From Candidatus Staskawiczbacteria bacterium (GTDB lineage Bacteria > Patescibacteriota > Minisyncoccia > Minisyncoccales > Staskawiczbacteraceae): DNA of 64,000 bases. Under the pieces are notes generated by a model, which worked only from the letters and a program-made list of their open reading frames with translations, searched no databases and was not told where the DNA came from. Of the stretch, positions 46,414 through 55,296 are shown in pieces; the first letter of the stretch is position 1; the number at the start of each line of letters is the position of its first letter. The stretch is from the NCBI GenBank assembly GCA_041659225.1, contig JBAZYR010000005.1, positions 4,824 through 68,823 of the forward strand, in the 5' to 3' direction. A program made the translations under genes and the position numbers.

Positions 46414-46563
46414 TCATCCTTTTCATCAGTCAGCGAATACGCCCAACGAACAACCAGCTCGTTCGGGCTCTTTTTTTTGCTGAAACTGCAGGTTGTAAAA
46501 ATTTAAAAACTAGATATAATAAACTATTGCACCTTACAATTTAACGGAGAAGGGAGGTGTTGG

Positions 46564-47292
46564 GTGAAACGTATAGTTAACGAGCTCTGCCTTTTGTCCA
46601 TCACAATTCCAATTGCATTTTTTCTCGGTGTCGGCCTAACTTTTCTCGACAAAATGGGACGGATCAGAATTCTCCATAAAGAACGCTTTCCGTTTTGGAA
46701 ACGAAGGCTGATTGTTGTTTCAAATCATCCGTCATTGCTTGAAACTGTTATAATCCCCATCCTATTCTACCCTGAATTCTGCTTAAATCCTTTCTGGTAC
46801 TCACCGTATAGCACTCCGGACAAAAGGAACTTCTACGACCGATGGTACTGGTTCTGGGCAAGACCCAGATTAATCCCGATCGACCGCAGTAACGGACGCA
46901 GCGAAGGCCGTTCGCTCCGCGACATGAAAGAAATTCTTGATAAACAAGGAATAATTGTCATCTTTGGCGAAGGCGGAAGAACCTTCAAGGGCAAGGAAGA
47001 TGAATTTCTTTACAGCAAATACGGAAAACGGATCAGAAGGCTTACAAATGGGTTAGGTTGGTTGGTTTCCCGTACGAAAGCCCACATCCTACCTATTTGG
47101 GTGGAAGGCACAGATAGTATTCTACTAAACCACCCTGGCAAACTTTTTGCAGGCATTAATCTGCGCGGAAAAGCTAGCATTCGAATCGGGAATATCCTTC
47201 GCCTTAACGCATCCCGGCGCTTCGGTTCAACCAAACAAATTACGAATAAAATAGAAGAAGCGCTTTTAGCGCTTGCAGATGAACAAGAGTAG
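46564..47292 (+). CDS. lysophospholipid (1-acyl-glycerol-3-phosphate) acyltransferase family protein
   Basis: GTG start with GGGAGG RBS. VVSNHPSLLET (HX4D/E-type motif I) and FGEGGRT (motif III). Confidence 0.6.
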   Translation: MKRIVNELCLLSITIPIAFFLGVGLTFLDKMGRIRILHKERFPFWKRRLIVVSNHPSLLETVIIPILFYPEFCLNPFWYSPYSTPDKRNFYDRWYWFWARPRLIPIDRSNGRSEGRSLRDMKEILDKQGIIVIFGEGGRTFKGKEDEFLYSKYGKRIRRLTNGLGWLVSRTKAHILPIWVEGTDSILLNHPGKLFAGINLRGKASIRIGNILRLNASRRFGSTKQITNKIEEALLALADEQE

Positions 47293-47343
47293 GTCCAAAA
47301 CCTGCTCTTTTTACATGGTATGGTTATATGGTACAATATGTAT

Positions 47344-48021
47344 ATGAAAACAATAATAAAAAAAGAAGTCGTGCGACTTCGTAAAATAGGAAAGACATAT
47401 AGTGAGATTTTGCAAATAATTAGTCCGCAGGTAGCGAAAAGTACAATCTCAAACTGGTGTCGCAATATAATATTGACGCCGACACAGGAAGCGAGAATAA
47501 GCAATAAGATAGAAATAAATCTTGCAAATGCACAGTTGCGGTCGCTGGCTGTACGCCGGTTGAAAAGGAAGGATTATTTGGATTCAGTTGAACATCGGGT
47601 TAAGCACCTTAAAAATTACATTAAAAAGAAAGATGCAGCAAAGATTGCGCTTGCCATGTTATACTTAGGCGAGGGGTCAAAAGGTTTACACAGGGGATCG
47701 TTATGTTTTGGCAATTCCGACCCGGTTGTGATAAGTTTATTCTTGAGATTATTAAGGAAATGTTATAGTATAGACGAGAGGAAATTTCGTTGCACCGTCC
47801 AATGCAGGGCAGATCAGGATACTACCAGTTTGAATAAATTTTGGAGAGGAATCACGAAAATTCCGAAATCACAATTTTATAAGGCGCGAATCGACCCAAG
47901 AACTACCGGCAAGGTATCGAAAAAAGGTAAGTATAAAGGAGTTTGCAGAATAGACTATTTTTCTGCCGATATTTTTACCGAGTTACAAATCATCCCACAG
48001 GTCGTTTTTAAGGGCTCATAG
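47344..48021 (+). CDS. HTH plus LAGLIDADG-like putative homing endonuclease
   Basis: An extended -10 TGGTACAAT (47329-37) lies 6 nt before the ATG at 47344 (leaderless-type). N-terminal HTH-like RLRKIGKTYSEILQII..STISNWC. LAGLIDADG-like AMLYLGEGSKG. The last 10 nt overlap tRNA-Ala. Confidence 0.45.
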   Translation: MKTIIKKEVVRLRKIGKTYSEILQIISPQVAKSTISNWCRNIILTPTQEARISNKIEINLANAQLRSLAVRRLKRKDYLDSVEHRVKHLKNYIKKKDAAKIALAMLYLGEGSKGLHRGSLCFGNSDPVVISLFLRLLRKCYSIDERKFRCTVQCRADQDTTSLNKFWRGITKIPKSQFYKARIDPRTTGKVSKKGKYKGVCRIDYFSADIFTELQIIPQVVFKGS

Positions 48022-48083
48022 CTCAGTGGTAGAGCATCGCTATGGCATAGCGGGGGTCGCGGGTTCGAGTCCCGCTGAGTCCA
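48012..48083 (+). tRNA. tRNA-Ala (GGC), no encoded CCA
   Basis: Hand-folded cloverleaf. Acceptor GGGCTCA/TGAGTCC with the G3:U70 alanine identity pair, anticodon loop ATGGCAT, T-arm GCGGG-TTCGAGT-CCCGC. Confidence 0.9.
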
Positions 48084-48265
48084 CAACGTTTTTCCAATAT
48101 TTTCTCTCATAAAAAATCACGTTTTTATCTCAGCCCAATGGGGGATTAGAACCCTAATCAGTAAAGGCGTTTTTTCATTTGACTTGCCCGTAAATTTGTT
48201 ATAATTTTATTCAATAGCTTAGCGCTATATCAACTGTTCATTAAAAAGAAAGGAAACGGTGCTGA

Positions 48266-49894
48266 ATGATACACACGTTGAAAAAAGTTGATGAGCAAGC
48301 ACTTTGTGAAATAGACGAAGAAAAGGCCATCCGTAAGACAAAAGAACTTTTTTTGTTGTTTTCTCTGGGTAGCCAGTTTGACCATCTAATCAAGCAGGCA
48401 TTGGAGAAGCTTGGAGTATTCTGTCTGGTGGCAGATCCGAGCCAGGTAAGAGCGGCTGATGTAAAAAAAGTCGGCCCAACCGGCATGATACTTTCCGGTG
48501 GTCCAGTGTCTGTTTATCAAGATTTCCTCCCGTTCGATAAAAGCATATTTGATTTAGGGATACCAGTTCTGGGCATCTGTTTAGGATTCCAACTGTGGGC
48601 CCATCATATTGGATGTTCTGTTAAACGATCTACAAAAAGAGAGTTTGGCACACACAAGCTCTCAGTCCTTGAATACGATGGAATCTTGGCGGGTTGCGAA
48701 GACGGGATGCCGGTTCTGGAAAGTCACGGAGATATGGTGGAGAAACTCGAAAGCCTTACTCCAAGAAGCCTTATTGATGAATTTTTTGTTTTAGGAAGAA
48801 CGGAGAATTCACCAGTTGCAGTTGCAAACTACAAACATCTTTGGGGAGTGCAGTTCCACCCTGAAGTAACAGAGACAACGAAGGGCCTCACAATCTTCTC
48901 TAATTTCTGTTTCGGAATTTGTGGTGCTAATGATAGATATCCTGCCGAGAAAGTGTCCATGCAGAAGATAGCCACATTGAGAGAGAAGATAGGCGACAAG
49001 AAGGTTTTATTAGCACTTTCCGGCGGTTCGGATTCTTCAACGGTTGCGTATCTTTTGAAAGCCGCCTTGTCCGGAAAAAATGGACAACTAAGAGCAGTCT
49101 ATATCCGGGGCGTTGATCGTCCCGATGACGAAGCTCATGTCTTTGAGTATTTCGCAAATCAGGAATGGGTTGAGCTAAAGGTTATTGACGCTACCGATCG
49201 TTTCTTGGATGTCCTTCGCGGAAAAGAAACGATGAAGGAGAAAAGGGTCGCGATGCGCGGCGTTTATAAGGATGTGCTTGAGGAGGAGATAATGGCGTTC
49301 GGCGCCAGCTTCATAGCACAGGGAACGCTTTACACCGACATTTCTGAAAGTGGTAAAGGTTACGCTACAAAAGCGACGAAGGCCCAAATTAAACTTCACC
49401 ACAACGTAGGTCTGGAGTTTTCTGTAGAGGAACTCACTCCACTTGATGATTGTGTCAAGGATACGGGCCGAGATATTGGCCGTTCAGTTGGAGTTCCGGA
49501 ATCTCTCCTTGTTCGCCAGCCATTCCCAGGGACCGGACTGATTGTGAGGATTGAAGGAGAAATTACTGCCGACAAGTTGAAAATCGCTCGCCAGATTGAC
49601 GACATCTACATCAAAGGATTGCGCGAGCAGGGCCTCTATGATGGTGTCTGGCAGGCTGGAGCAGTAGTCACTCAGTCAATCACAACCTGCACAAAAGGCG
49701 ACGATGCCGTAAGTGGTGTAGTCGTTGCTTTATGGGCAGTCTGGAGCGTCAACGGTTTCACTGCTCAAGCGGCAGAGCTTCCTTGGGATTTCATAAAGCG
49801 TATTTCTCAGAGGATTACCAACGAAATTCGTGAGGTCGGAGCTGTGGTTTACAGAACCTCAGACAAGCCACCGGCTACAATTGAATGGGGATAA
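48266..49894 (+). CDS. guaA: GMP synthase (glutamine-hydrolysing)
   Basis: GATase-1 part (GICLGFQL, FHPEV), ATP-pyrophosphatase SGGSDSS, and the C-terminal dimerisation domain ending TIEWG. Has a ~30-aa N-terminal extension and noticeably higher GC than its neighbours. Confidence 0.85.
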   Translation: MIHTLKKVDEQALCEIDEEKAIRKTKELFLLFSLGSQFDHLIKQALEKLGVFCLVADPSQVRAADVKKVGPTGMILSGGPVSVYQDFLPFDKSIFDLGIPVLGICLGFQLWAHHIGCSVKRSTKREFGTHKLSVLEYDGILAGCEDGMPVLESHGDMVEKLESLTPRSLIDEFFVLGRTENSPVAVANYKHLWGVQFHPEVTETTKGLTIFSNFCFGICGANDRYPAEKVSMQKIATLREKIGDKKVLLALSGGSDSSTVAYLLKAALSGKNGQLRAVYIRGVDRPDDEAHVFEYFANQEWVELKVIDATDRFLDVLRGKETMKEKRVAMRGVYKDVLEEEIMAFGASFIAQGTLYTDISESGKGYATKATKAQIKLHHNVGLEFSVEELTPLDDCVKDTGRDIGRSVGVPESLLVRQPFPGTGLIVRIEGEITADKLKIARQIDDIYIKGLREQGLYDGVWQAGAVVTQSITTCTKGDDAVSGVVVALWAVWSVNGFTAQAAELPWDFIKRISQRITNEIREVGAVVYRTSDKPPATIEWG

Positions 49895-50053
49895 AATCCT
49901 CAAAAAACCAAAATAAAGCCCAGAGATTATATCAAAGGGCTCTTTTGTTATTCCAAAGACATATTAAATCATTAGTCGTAAATTTTCCCAGGTATTTAAT
50001 TCCACTATTAATTGGTTCCAACTAAGTCGCAAGGAGTCCACAAAACCAAAAAG

Positions 50054-50087
50054 CCATCTTTTAATTAAGATGGTTTTTTGGTAGAAT
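50054..50087 (+). promoter_or_regulatory. composite terminator-promoter module (hairpin, T6, GGTAGAAT)
   Basis: CCATCTT-ttaatt-AAGATGG, tttttt, then TGGTAGAAT. Near-copies at 50537-50570, 52129-52171 and 7683-7706. Confidence 0.55.
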
Positions 50088-50126
50088 AGGGTAATTAAAT
50101 TTCTTTATTTATAACTAAAAAAATCG

Positions 50127-50507
50127 ATGCAAAAATTATTAAATCTCACTCCACTATTCATCGTCGGTATATTAATTTTCGGTTTTGCCCTGAATCAGCA
50201 AAATATTGGCGCAGCGGACGCAAATACGCCCGCCGCTATAATCTCCCGGGAAACCAAGGAGTTCGATGTTCGGGCGTTCCGCTTTGGTTACGCCCCGAAC
50301 CAAATTACGGTCAACAAAGGAGACCTTGTGAAGATACGAATTAGCAACACTGATACCTTGCACGGTATCCGAATTCCTTCACTAAATATACGTGGTAATG
50401 ATGTCATTTCGTTTATCGCCAGCCGATCTGGAGAGTTCACGTGGTACTGTAACACTATGTGTGGATCGGGCCACGAGAATATGCAGGGAAAATTAGTCGT
50501 GAAGTAG
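50127..50507 (+). CDS. membrane-anchored cupredoxin-fold protein (CuA/COX2-like copper site)
   Basis: N-terminal TM. DTLHGIRIP ... CNTMCGSGHENMQG (H...CxxxCxxxHxxM ligand pattern). Confidence 0.6.
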   Translation: MQKLLNLTPLFIVGILIFGFALNQQNIGAADANTPAAIISRETKEFDVRAFRFGYAPNQITVNKGDLVKIRISNTDTLHGIRIPSLNIRGNDVISFIASRSGEFTWYCNTMCGSGHENMQGKLVVK

Positions 50508-50596
50508 GATAAGTTATATAGGATACATCCTAAAAGCCCCCTTTTAATTAAGGTGGTTTTTAGGTAGAATAAGAAGCATAATTAAACGACAAATAT

Positions 50597-51859
50597 ATGA
50601 ATAAAAATATTGTAATTATTGCCCTGGCTATTGTTCTATTCGCGGGTGTAGCAACTGCAGCCGTTCTATTCATTTTCCCGTATTCTCCGAAACAACCTCC
50701 CGTGGCCGACGATACCGGCTCTACACCACAAGGCGTACAGGCTGTTGTAGACGCAAACAATAAATTTACCTTTGAGCTATATTCCGAACTCGAAAAATCT
50801 GACAACGGAAATATATTTTACTCACCGTATAGTATTTCTGCTGCTTTGGCTATGACCTATGAGGGCGCGAAAGGCCAAACGGCTGAGGAAATGAAATCCG
50901 TATTCCATTTTCCCGAAAGCGAAATATTAAGGCCGAATTTTGCCTCAATATATAATAATCTCAATAAAAGCGTTGCCGACTATGAACTAAGAACCGGAAA
51001 TGCATTATGGATTCAACAAAATTATCAGCTCCTCAAAGATTACACGGGCCGTGTTGAAAAATATTATGGAGGCAAAGCTGCAAATTTAGATTTTATTAAC
51101 GAAACCGAAATGTCGCGGCAAACTATCAATAATTTTATCGCCGAACAGACAAATGATAAAATTAAAGGGCTAATCCCTCAAAGATTCCTCGATGTGATGA
51201 CGAGGCTTGTATTGACCAATGCCATTTATTTTAAAGGCTCGTGGAAATGGGAATTTGATAAATCCGATACCAGCGAACAGGATTTCAAGGTCACCCCCGA
51301 CAATATTGTAAGAACCCAAATGATGAATATGAGACCCGATAAAACGACGTTTAACTATGCCAGCACCGACAACCTACAAATCCTGGAGCTGCCATATAAG
51401 GGGGAGGAAGTCTCGATGTTGGTTCTATTACCGACCGGTAGCCTCGATTCGTTAGAATCCTCTTTGACGGCCGAGAAGCTTAATGAATATAAGGCGCAGA
51501 TGACGGAAACGACATTAGAATCGATATCACTTCCTAAGTTTGAATTCGACACCAAATATTTTATGGGCGACAACTTGAGTGCAATGGGCATGCCGACGGC
51601 TTTTTCAACTGATGCGGATTTCTCTGGAATGACGGGCGCTCGAGACCTGTTCATTAGTTTTGTTATTCATCAAGCATACGTCAAAGTCGATGAAGAGGGG
51701 ACTGAGGCCGCAGCTGCGACGGCGGTTGGGATGCGGACTACGTCGGCGGTGTTGTCACCAAATATTTTTCGAGCGGACCATCCTTTCCTATTTATAATCC
51801 AGGAAAAGAAAACCGGGAATGTGCTATTTCTGGGCCGAGTAGTTGATCCGACGAAGTAG
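50597..51859 (+). CDS. serpin-family serine protease inhibitor, membrane-anchored/secreted
   Basis: NIFYSPYSISAALAMTYEGAKGQTAEEM, hinge EEGTEAAAATAV, and C-terminal FRADHPFLFIIQEKKTGNVLFLGRVVDP. Confidence 0.85.
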   Translation: MNKNIVIIALAIVLFAGVATAAVLFIFPYSPKQPPVADDTGSTPQGVQAVVDANNKFTFELYSELEKSDNGNIFYSPYSISAALAMTYEGAKGQTAEEMKSVFHFPESEILRPNFASIYNNLNKSVADYELRTGNALWIQQNYQLLKDYTGRVEKYYGGKAANLDFINETEMSRQTINNFIAEQTNDKIKGLIPQRFLDVMTRLVLTNAIYFKGSWKWEFDKSDTSEQDFKVTPDNIVRTQMMNMRPDKTTFNYASTDNLQILELPYKGEEVSMLVLLPTGSLDSLESSLTAEKLNEYKAQMTETTLESISLPKFEFDTKYFMGDNLSAMGMPTAFSTDADFSGMTGARDLFISFVIHQAYVKVDEEGTEAAAATAVGMRTTSAVLSPNIFRADHPFLFIIQEKKTGNVLFLGRVVDPTK

Positions 51860-51942
51860 GGCATACAATTTGACACCGTTTTTCATTAGAATTTAATTAA
51901 ATCATAAAGAGTAAAAATATTACAATTGATGATTTGGCGATA

Positions 51943-52119
51943 ATGGTACAAAAAGGTTTTAATGAAGTCGCAAAGAAAACCGAGACTTCTTCCGAGTTTA
52001 AGGAAATTAAAACCCGCCTTGCCCGGATAGAAAATATCTTATTAAAACAGCACTCTCAGCAAATAGAATCTCTTGAGAAAAGGATAAATCGTCTTGAGGA
52101 AGCTTCAGTTAATAAATAA
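51943..52119 (+). CDS. small coiled-coil hypothetical protein
   Basis: 58 aa from the first ATG (the listed TTG at 51934 is less likely). Charged heptad-like sequence with no motif. Confidence 0.3.
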   Translation: MVQKGFNEVAKKTETSSEFKEIKTRLARIENILLKQHSQQIESLEKRINRLEEASVNK

Positions 52120-52177
52120 GCAAGATATTTCACGAAACCGTCTTTATTTTAAAGCGGTTTTTTGGTAGGATATACGC

Positions 52178-52444
52178 ATGTCAGAAATCGAGGAAATAAA
52201 AGCCGAAATCCGACGTATTAAGGAACGTAACAAAAAGGTTGAAATCGACAAAGCGTGGGAAACGAGCAGGTTTCGGATTATTTGTATTGCAGTAATTACA
52301 TACATTATTGCTGCATTCTTTTTGTATTTTATCGGCAACGATAACTTTTTATTAAACGCGATCGTACCGGCAATCGGTTACTATCTGTCAACCCAGTCTC
52401 TTCCGTTCATCAAGCAATGGTGGGGGAGCAGGTTTATGAAATAA
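52178..52444 (+). CDS. small membrane protein
   Basis: ATG lies 6 nt after the -10 TAGGAT of a TGGTAGGAT element (leaderless-type). Charged N-terminus and two TM segments. Confidence 0.35.
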   Translation: MSEIEEIKAEIRRIKERNKKVEIDKAWETSRFRIICIAVITYIIAAFFLYFIGNDNFLLNAIVPAIGYYLSTQSLPFIKQWWGSRFMK

Positions 52445-52446
52445 AA

Positions 52447-52899
52447 ATGCCTCAATATTTTACCGCCGAAGGTATAAAAAAACTTAAAGAAGAGCTGCAT
52501 CAACTAAAAACAGTTGAAACAAAAAAAGTTGTCGCGCTTTTAAAATACGCCGCTTCCTTCGGCGACCTTAAAGAAAATGCGGGTTACGACGACGCAAAGG
52601 AAAGACAGGCTTTCCTGGTTACCAAAATTAAGCAGCTCGAAGCTGTTATTAACGACGCGATAATTTATGAAAAGGGTGAAACGGATAAAGTCCAGATTGG
52701 CTCGACGGTATTGCTTGTATTCGGTGAAGACAAAGAGGAATTCCACATCGTCGCCCCCGCCGAATCCGATATTTTAAATAACAAATTATCGTATCAATCG
52801 CCATTGGGCCGGGAACTAATAGGCCGGAAGACGAAAGATGAATTCTTCTTCGAAAATAACGGGGCAAAAGTAAAAGTAAAAATTCTGGAAATTCGCTAG
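52447..52899 (+). CDS. greA: transcription elongation factor GreA
   Basis: FTAEGIKKLKEELHQLK, FGDLKENAGYDDAKERQAF, and C-terminal ISYQSPLGRELIGRK-like block. The ATG at 52447 follows the upstream stop. Confidence 0.85.
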   Translation: MPQYFTAEGIKKLKEELHQLKTVETKKVVALLKYAASFGDLKENAGYDDAKERQAFLVTKIKQLEAVINDAIIYEKGETDKVQIGSTVLLVFGEDKEEFHIVAPAESDILNNKLSYQSPLGRELIGRKTKDEFFFENNGAKVKVKILEIR

Positions 52900-52900
52900 C

Positions 52901-53563
52901 ATGGACTTTCTCACCGTTATTTCGGAAATAAAGAAACATTCTGATCCGAACGATCGTGAAGGAATGGCACGTTTCGGAATTAATCCTCAGTATGCCCTGG
53001 GGGTCCGTATCCCGGTTTTGCGCAAACTCGCAAAAACAATCGGTAAAAACCATGAACTGGCGCTCGCTTTGTGGGACAGCAAGATACACGAGGTCAGAAT
53101 ATTCGCCAGCATGATAGCCGAAGCCGAAGTGACCACCGCAAAACAAATGGATAGCTGGGTAAAGGACTTTAATTCCTGGGACATATGCGACCAATGTTGC
53201 ATGAATCTTTTCTGTAAAACTCCGTTTGCATGGAAGAAAGCGCAAGAATGGGTGGGAAAAGAAGAGGAATTTGTCCGAAGAGCCGGCTTCGCTTTAGTAG
53301 CGGCGTTGGCTGTCCATGATAAAAAGTCGGACGACAAAACATTCATACAATTCCTTCCCTTGATCCACAAGTACGCAGTTGACGAGAGAAACTTTGTAAA
53401 AAAAGCTGTAAACTGGGCCCTAAGGCAGATAGGGAAACGGAATCAGAATCTGAACCGTGAAGCCCTAAAAACTGCACACGTAATACTGAAGATTGAATCC
53501 AAAAGCGCAAAATGGATAGCCAAAGACGCAATACGAGAATTGAGCAGCAAACGTTTTAAATAG
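52901..53563 (+). CDS. DNA alkylation repair protein (AlkD/AlkC-like HEAT repeats)
   Basis: ARFGINPQYALGVRIPVLRKLAK, HEVRIFASMIA, WDICDQCC, FVKKAVNWALRQIGKRN. Confidence 0.75.
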   Translation: MDFLTVISEIKKHSDPNDREGMARFGINPQYALGVRIPVLRKLAKTIGKNHELALALWDSKIHEVRIFASMIAEAEVTTAKQMDSWVKDFNSWDICDQCCMNLFCKTPFAWKKAQEWVGKEEEFVRRAGFALVAALAVHDKKSDDKTFIQFLPLIHKYAVDERNFVKKAVNWALRQIGKRNQNLNREALKTAHVILKIESKSAKWIAKDAIRELSSKRFK

Positions 53564-53611
53564 TTTGTTTGACCCCAAATTTTTTTTATGCGATAATTAG
53601 ACAACACTTTC

Positions 53612-54796
53612 ATGTCAAAGTTACAAAAAATATTACTCGTCATATATTACATAGTATTTGTCATCGCGATTTTTGCGATAGGTATTTGGTACGGTCAAAC
53701 CTCTGTGGTCTGCGAAGTGTGTCCGCCGACCGATGTAAACTTTTCTTTGTTTTGGTCTGCGCACAATAGCTTAAAGGATAAATTTGTTGATCCCAGTAAA
53801 ATCACACCTGAAAACGTTCTTTACGGCGCTATTTCCGGAATGGCGCAAAGCTTGGGAGATCCGTACACAACCTTTTTTAACCCGACTGAAGCCAAAAAGT
53901 TTGAAGATGAACTGTCCGGATATTTCGACGGCATTGGCGTGGAAATGGGTATCAAAGATGGACAACTGACAATAATCGCCCCTTTAACAGGAACACCTGC
54001 TCAACAGGCTAGATTGCGGGCCGGGGATAAGATTGTCGCGATTGACGGTAAAGACACGGCCAATATGACATCTGACGAAGCTGTAACGCTCATTCGAGGC
54101 AAAAAAGGCACCAGAGTTACTTTAACTATTTATCGTTCTGATTGGAAAGAGACTAAGGATTTTACTATTACTCGCGATTCGATAAAAATCCCTTCTCTCA
54201 AGTGGCAGCTGATCAACGACGACATTGCCTACATCGAAATGTACCAATTCAGCCAAAGCTTGTCCGGGGACTTTAATCGCGCCAGTTTAGAGATATTGAA
54301 CAGTCCGGCTAAGCGCATAATTCTTGATTTACGGAATAATCCCGGCGGATACCTGGAGGTATCTCAAAATATCGCTGGCTGGTTCATGGAGAAAGAAAAA
54401 ATCGTTGTGATCGAGGATTTCGGGGCTACGAAGCCCCAACAAATATATTATACGGAGGGGAATGCCAGTTTTTCCCAATACCCGATTGTGGTACTGATCA
54501 ATCAAGGATCTGCTTCCGCCTCTGAAATTTTGGCCGGCGCGCTTCGTGATAACCGCCAGATCAAATTAATCGGCGAGAAGTCATACGGAAAAGGTTCGGT
54601 GCAAGAGGGGATTGAAATGGAGGATGGATCATTTTTGAAGATAACAGTTGCCAAGTGGTTAACTCCAAACGGACTGTCCATATCTGACACCGGACTTGAG
54701 CCCGATATTACGGTGGAAATTACAGACCAGGACTATACGGACGAAAAAGACCCTCAATTGGATAAAGCTATTGAAATAATTAAAAATATACAGTAG
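53612..54796 (+). CDS. S41 family C-terminal processing peptidase with PDZ domain
   Basis: N-terminal TM, PDZ (GDKIVAIDGKD), LDLRNNPGGY, and NQGSASASEILAGAL (Ser nucleophile). Confidence 0.85.
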   Translation: MSKLQKILLVIYYIVFVIAIFAIGIWYGQTSVVCEVCPPTDVNFSLFWSAHNSLKDKFVDPSKITPENVLYGAISGMAQSLGDPYTTFFNPTEAKKFEDELSGYFDGIGVEMGIKDGQLTIIAPLTGTPAQQARLRAGDKIVAIDGKDTANMTSDEAVTLIRGKKGTRVTLTIYRSDWKETKDFTITRDSIKIPSLKWQLINDDIAYIEMYQFSQSLSGDFNRASLEILNSPAKRIILDLRNNPGGYLEVSQNIAGWFMEKEKIVVIEDFGATKPQQIYYTEGNASFSQYPIVVLINQGSASASEILAGALRDNRQIKLIGEKSYGKGSVQEGIEMEDGSFLKITVAKWLTPNGLSISDTGLEPDITVEITDQDYTDEKDPQLDKAIEIIKNIQ

Positions 54797-54834
54797 ACTT
54801 AAAAATTGTAGAATAACAAATATTTAGAAAACAT

Positions 54835-55287
54835 ATGAAGGTAATCCTCTTAGACGATATTGCTGATTTAGGAAAAAAACACGAAATAAAGGAAGTAAAA
54901 GATGGCTACGCCAGAAACTTTTTACTGCCTAAGGGTTTAGTAAAACTTGTGAACAAAGATTCCTTAACGTGGTTGAAAGGTCAAACAAAGGTGGAATTGG
55001 AAAAAGTTGAAGAGGATCTAAGAAAGGTTCAGGAAGTTGCATCTCAACTGGACGGGTTAGAAGTTATCATAACTGTTAAAGTCGGCGAAGACGGCCAATT
55101 GTTCGAATCAGTCAGCAGCCAAAAGATTATTGATAAACTAAAAGAGCTTGGATTCAGCATAAAAAAGAAGCAGATTGAACTTAAAGCCCCGATTAAGGAA
55201 TTAGGAGAGTCGCATATAAAGATAAGCTTAGACCATAATTTGGAAGCCGAAATCACCCTTATCATCTCTAAATCACAAGAAGAATAG
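54835..55287 (+). CDS. rplI: 50S ribosomal protein L9
   Basis: [35 protein letters not shown]. Confidence 0.9.
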   Translation: MKVILLDDIADLGKKHEIKEVKDGYARNFLLPKGLVKLVNKDSLTWLKGQTKVELEKVEEDLRKVQEVASQLDGLEVIITVKVGEDGQLFESVSSQKIIDKLKELGFSIKKKQIELKAPIKELGESHIKISLDHNLEAEITLIISKSQEE

Positions 55288-55296
55288 CCTCGAATC

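Noticed and set aside
52649-53245. 198-aa minus-strand ORF antisense to greA and the AlkD-like gene
   Set aside because: It overlaps two motif-supported plus-strand genes and has no motif or RBS of its own.
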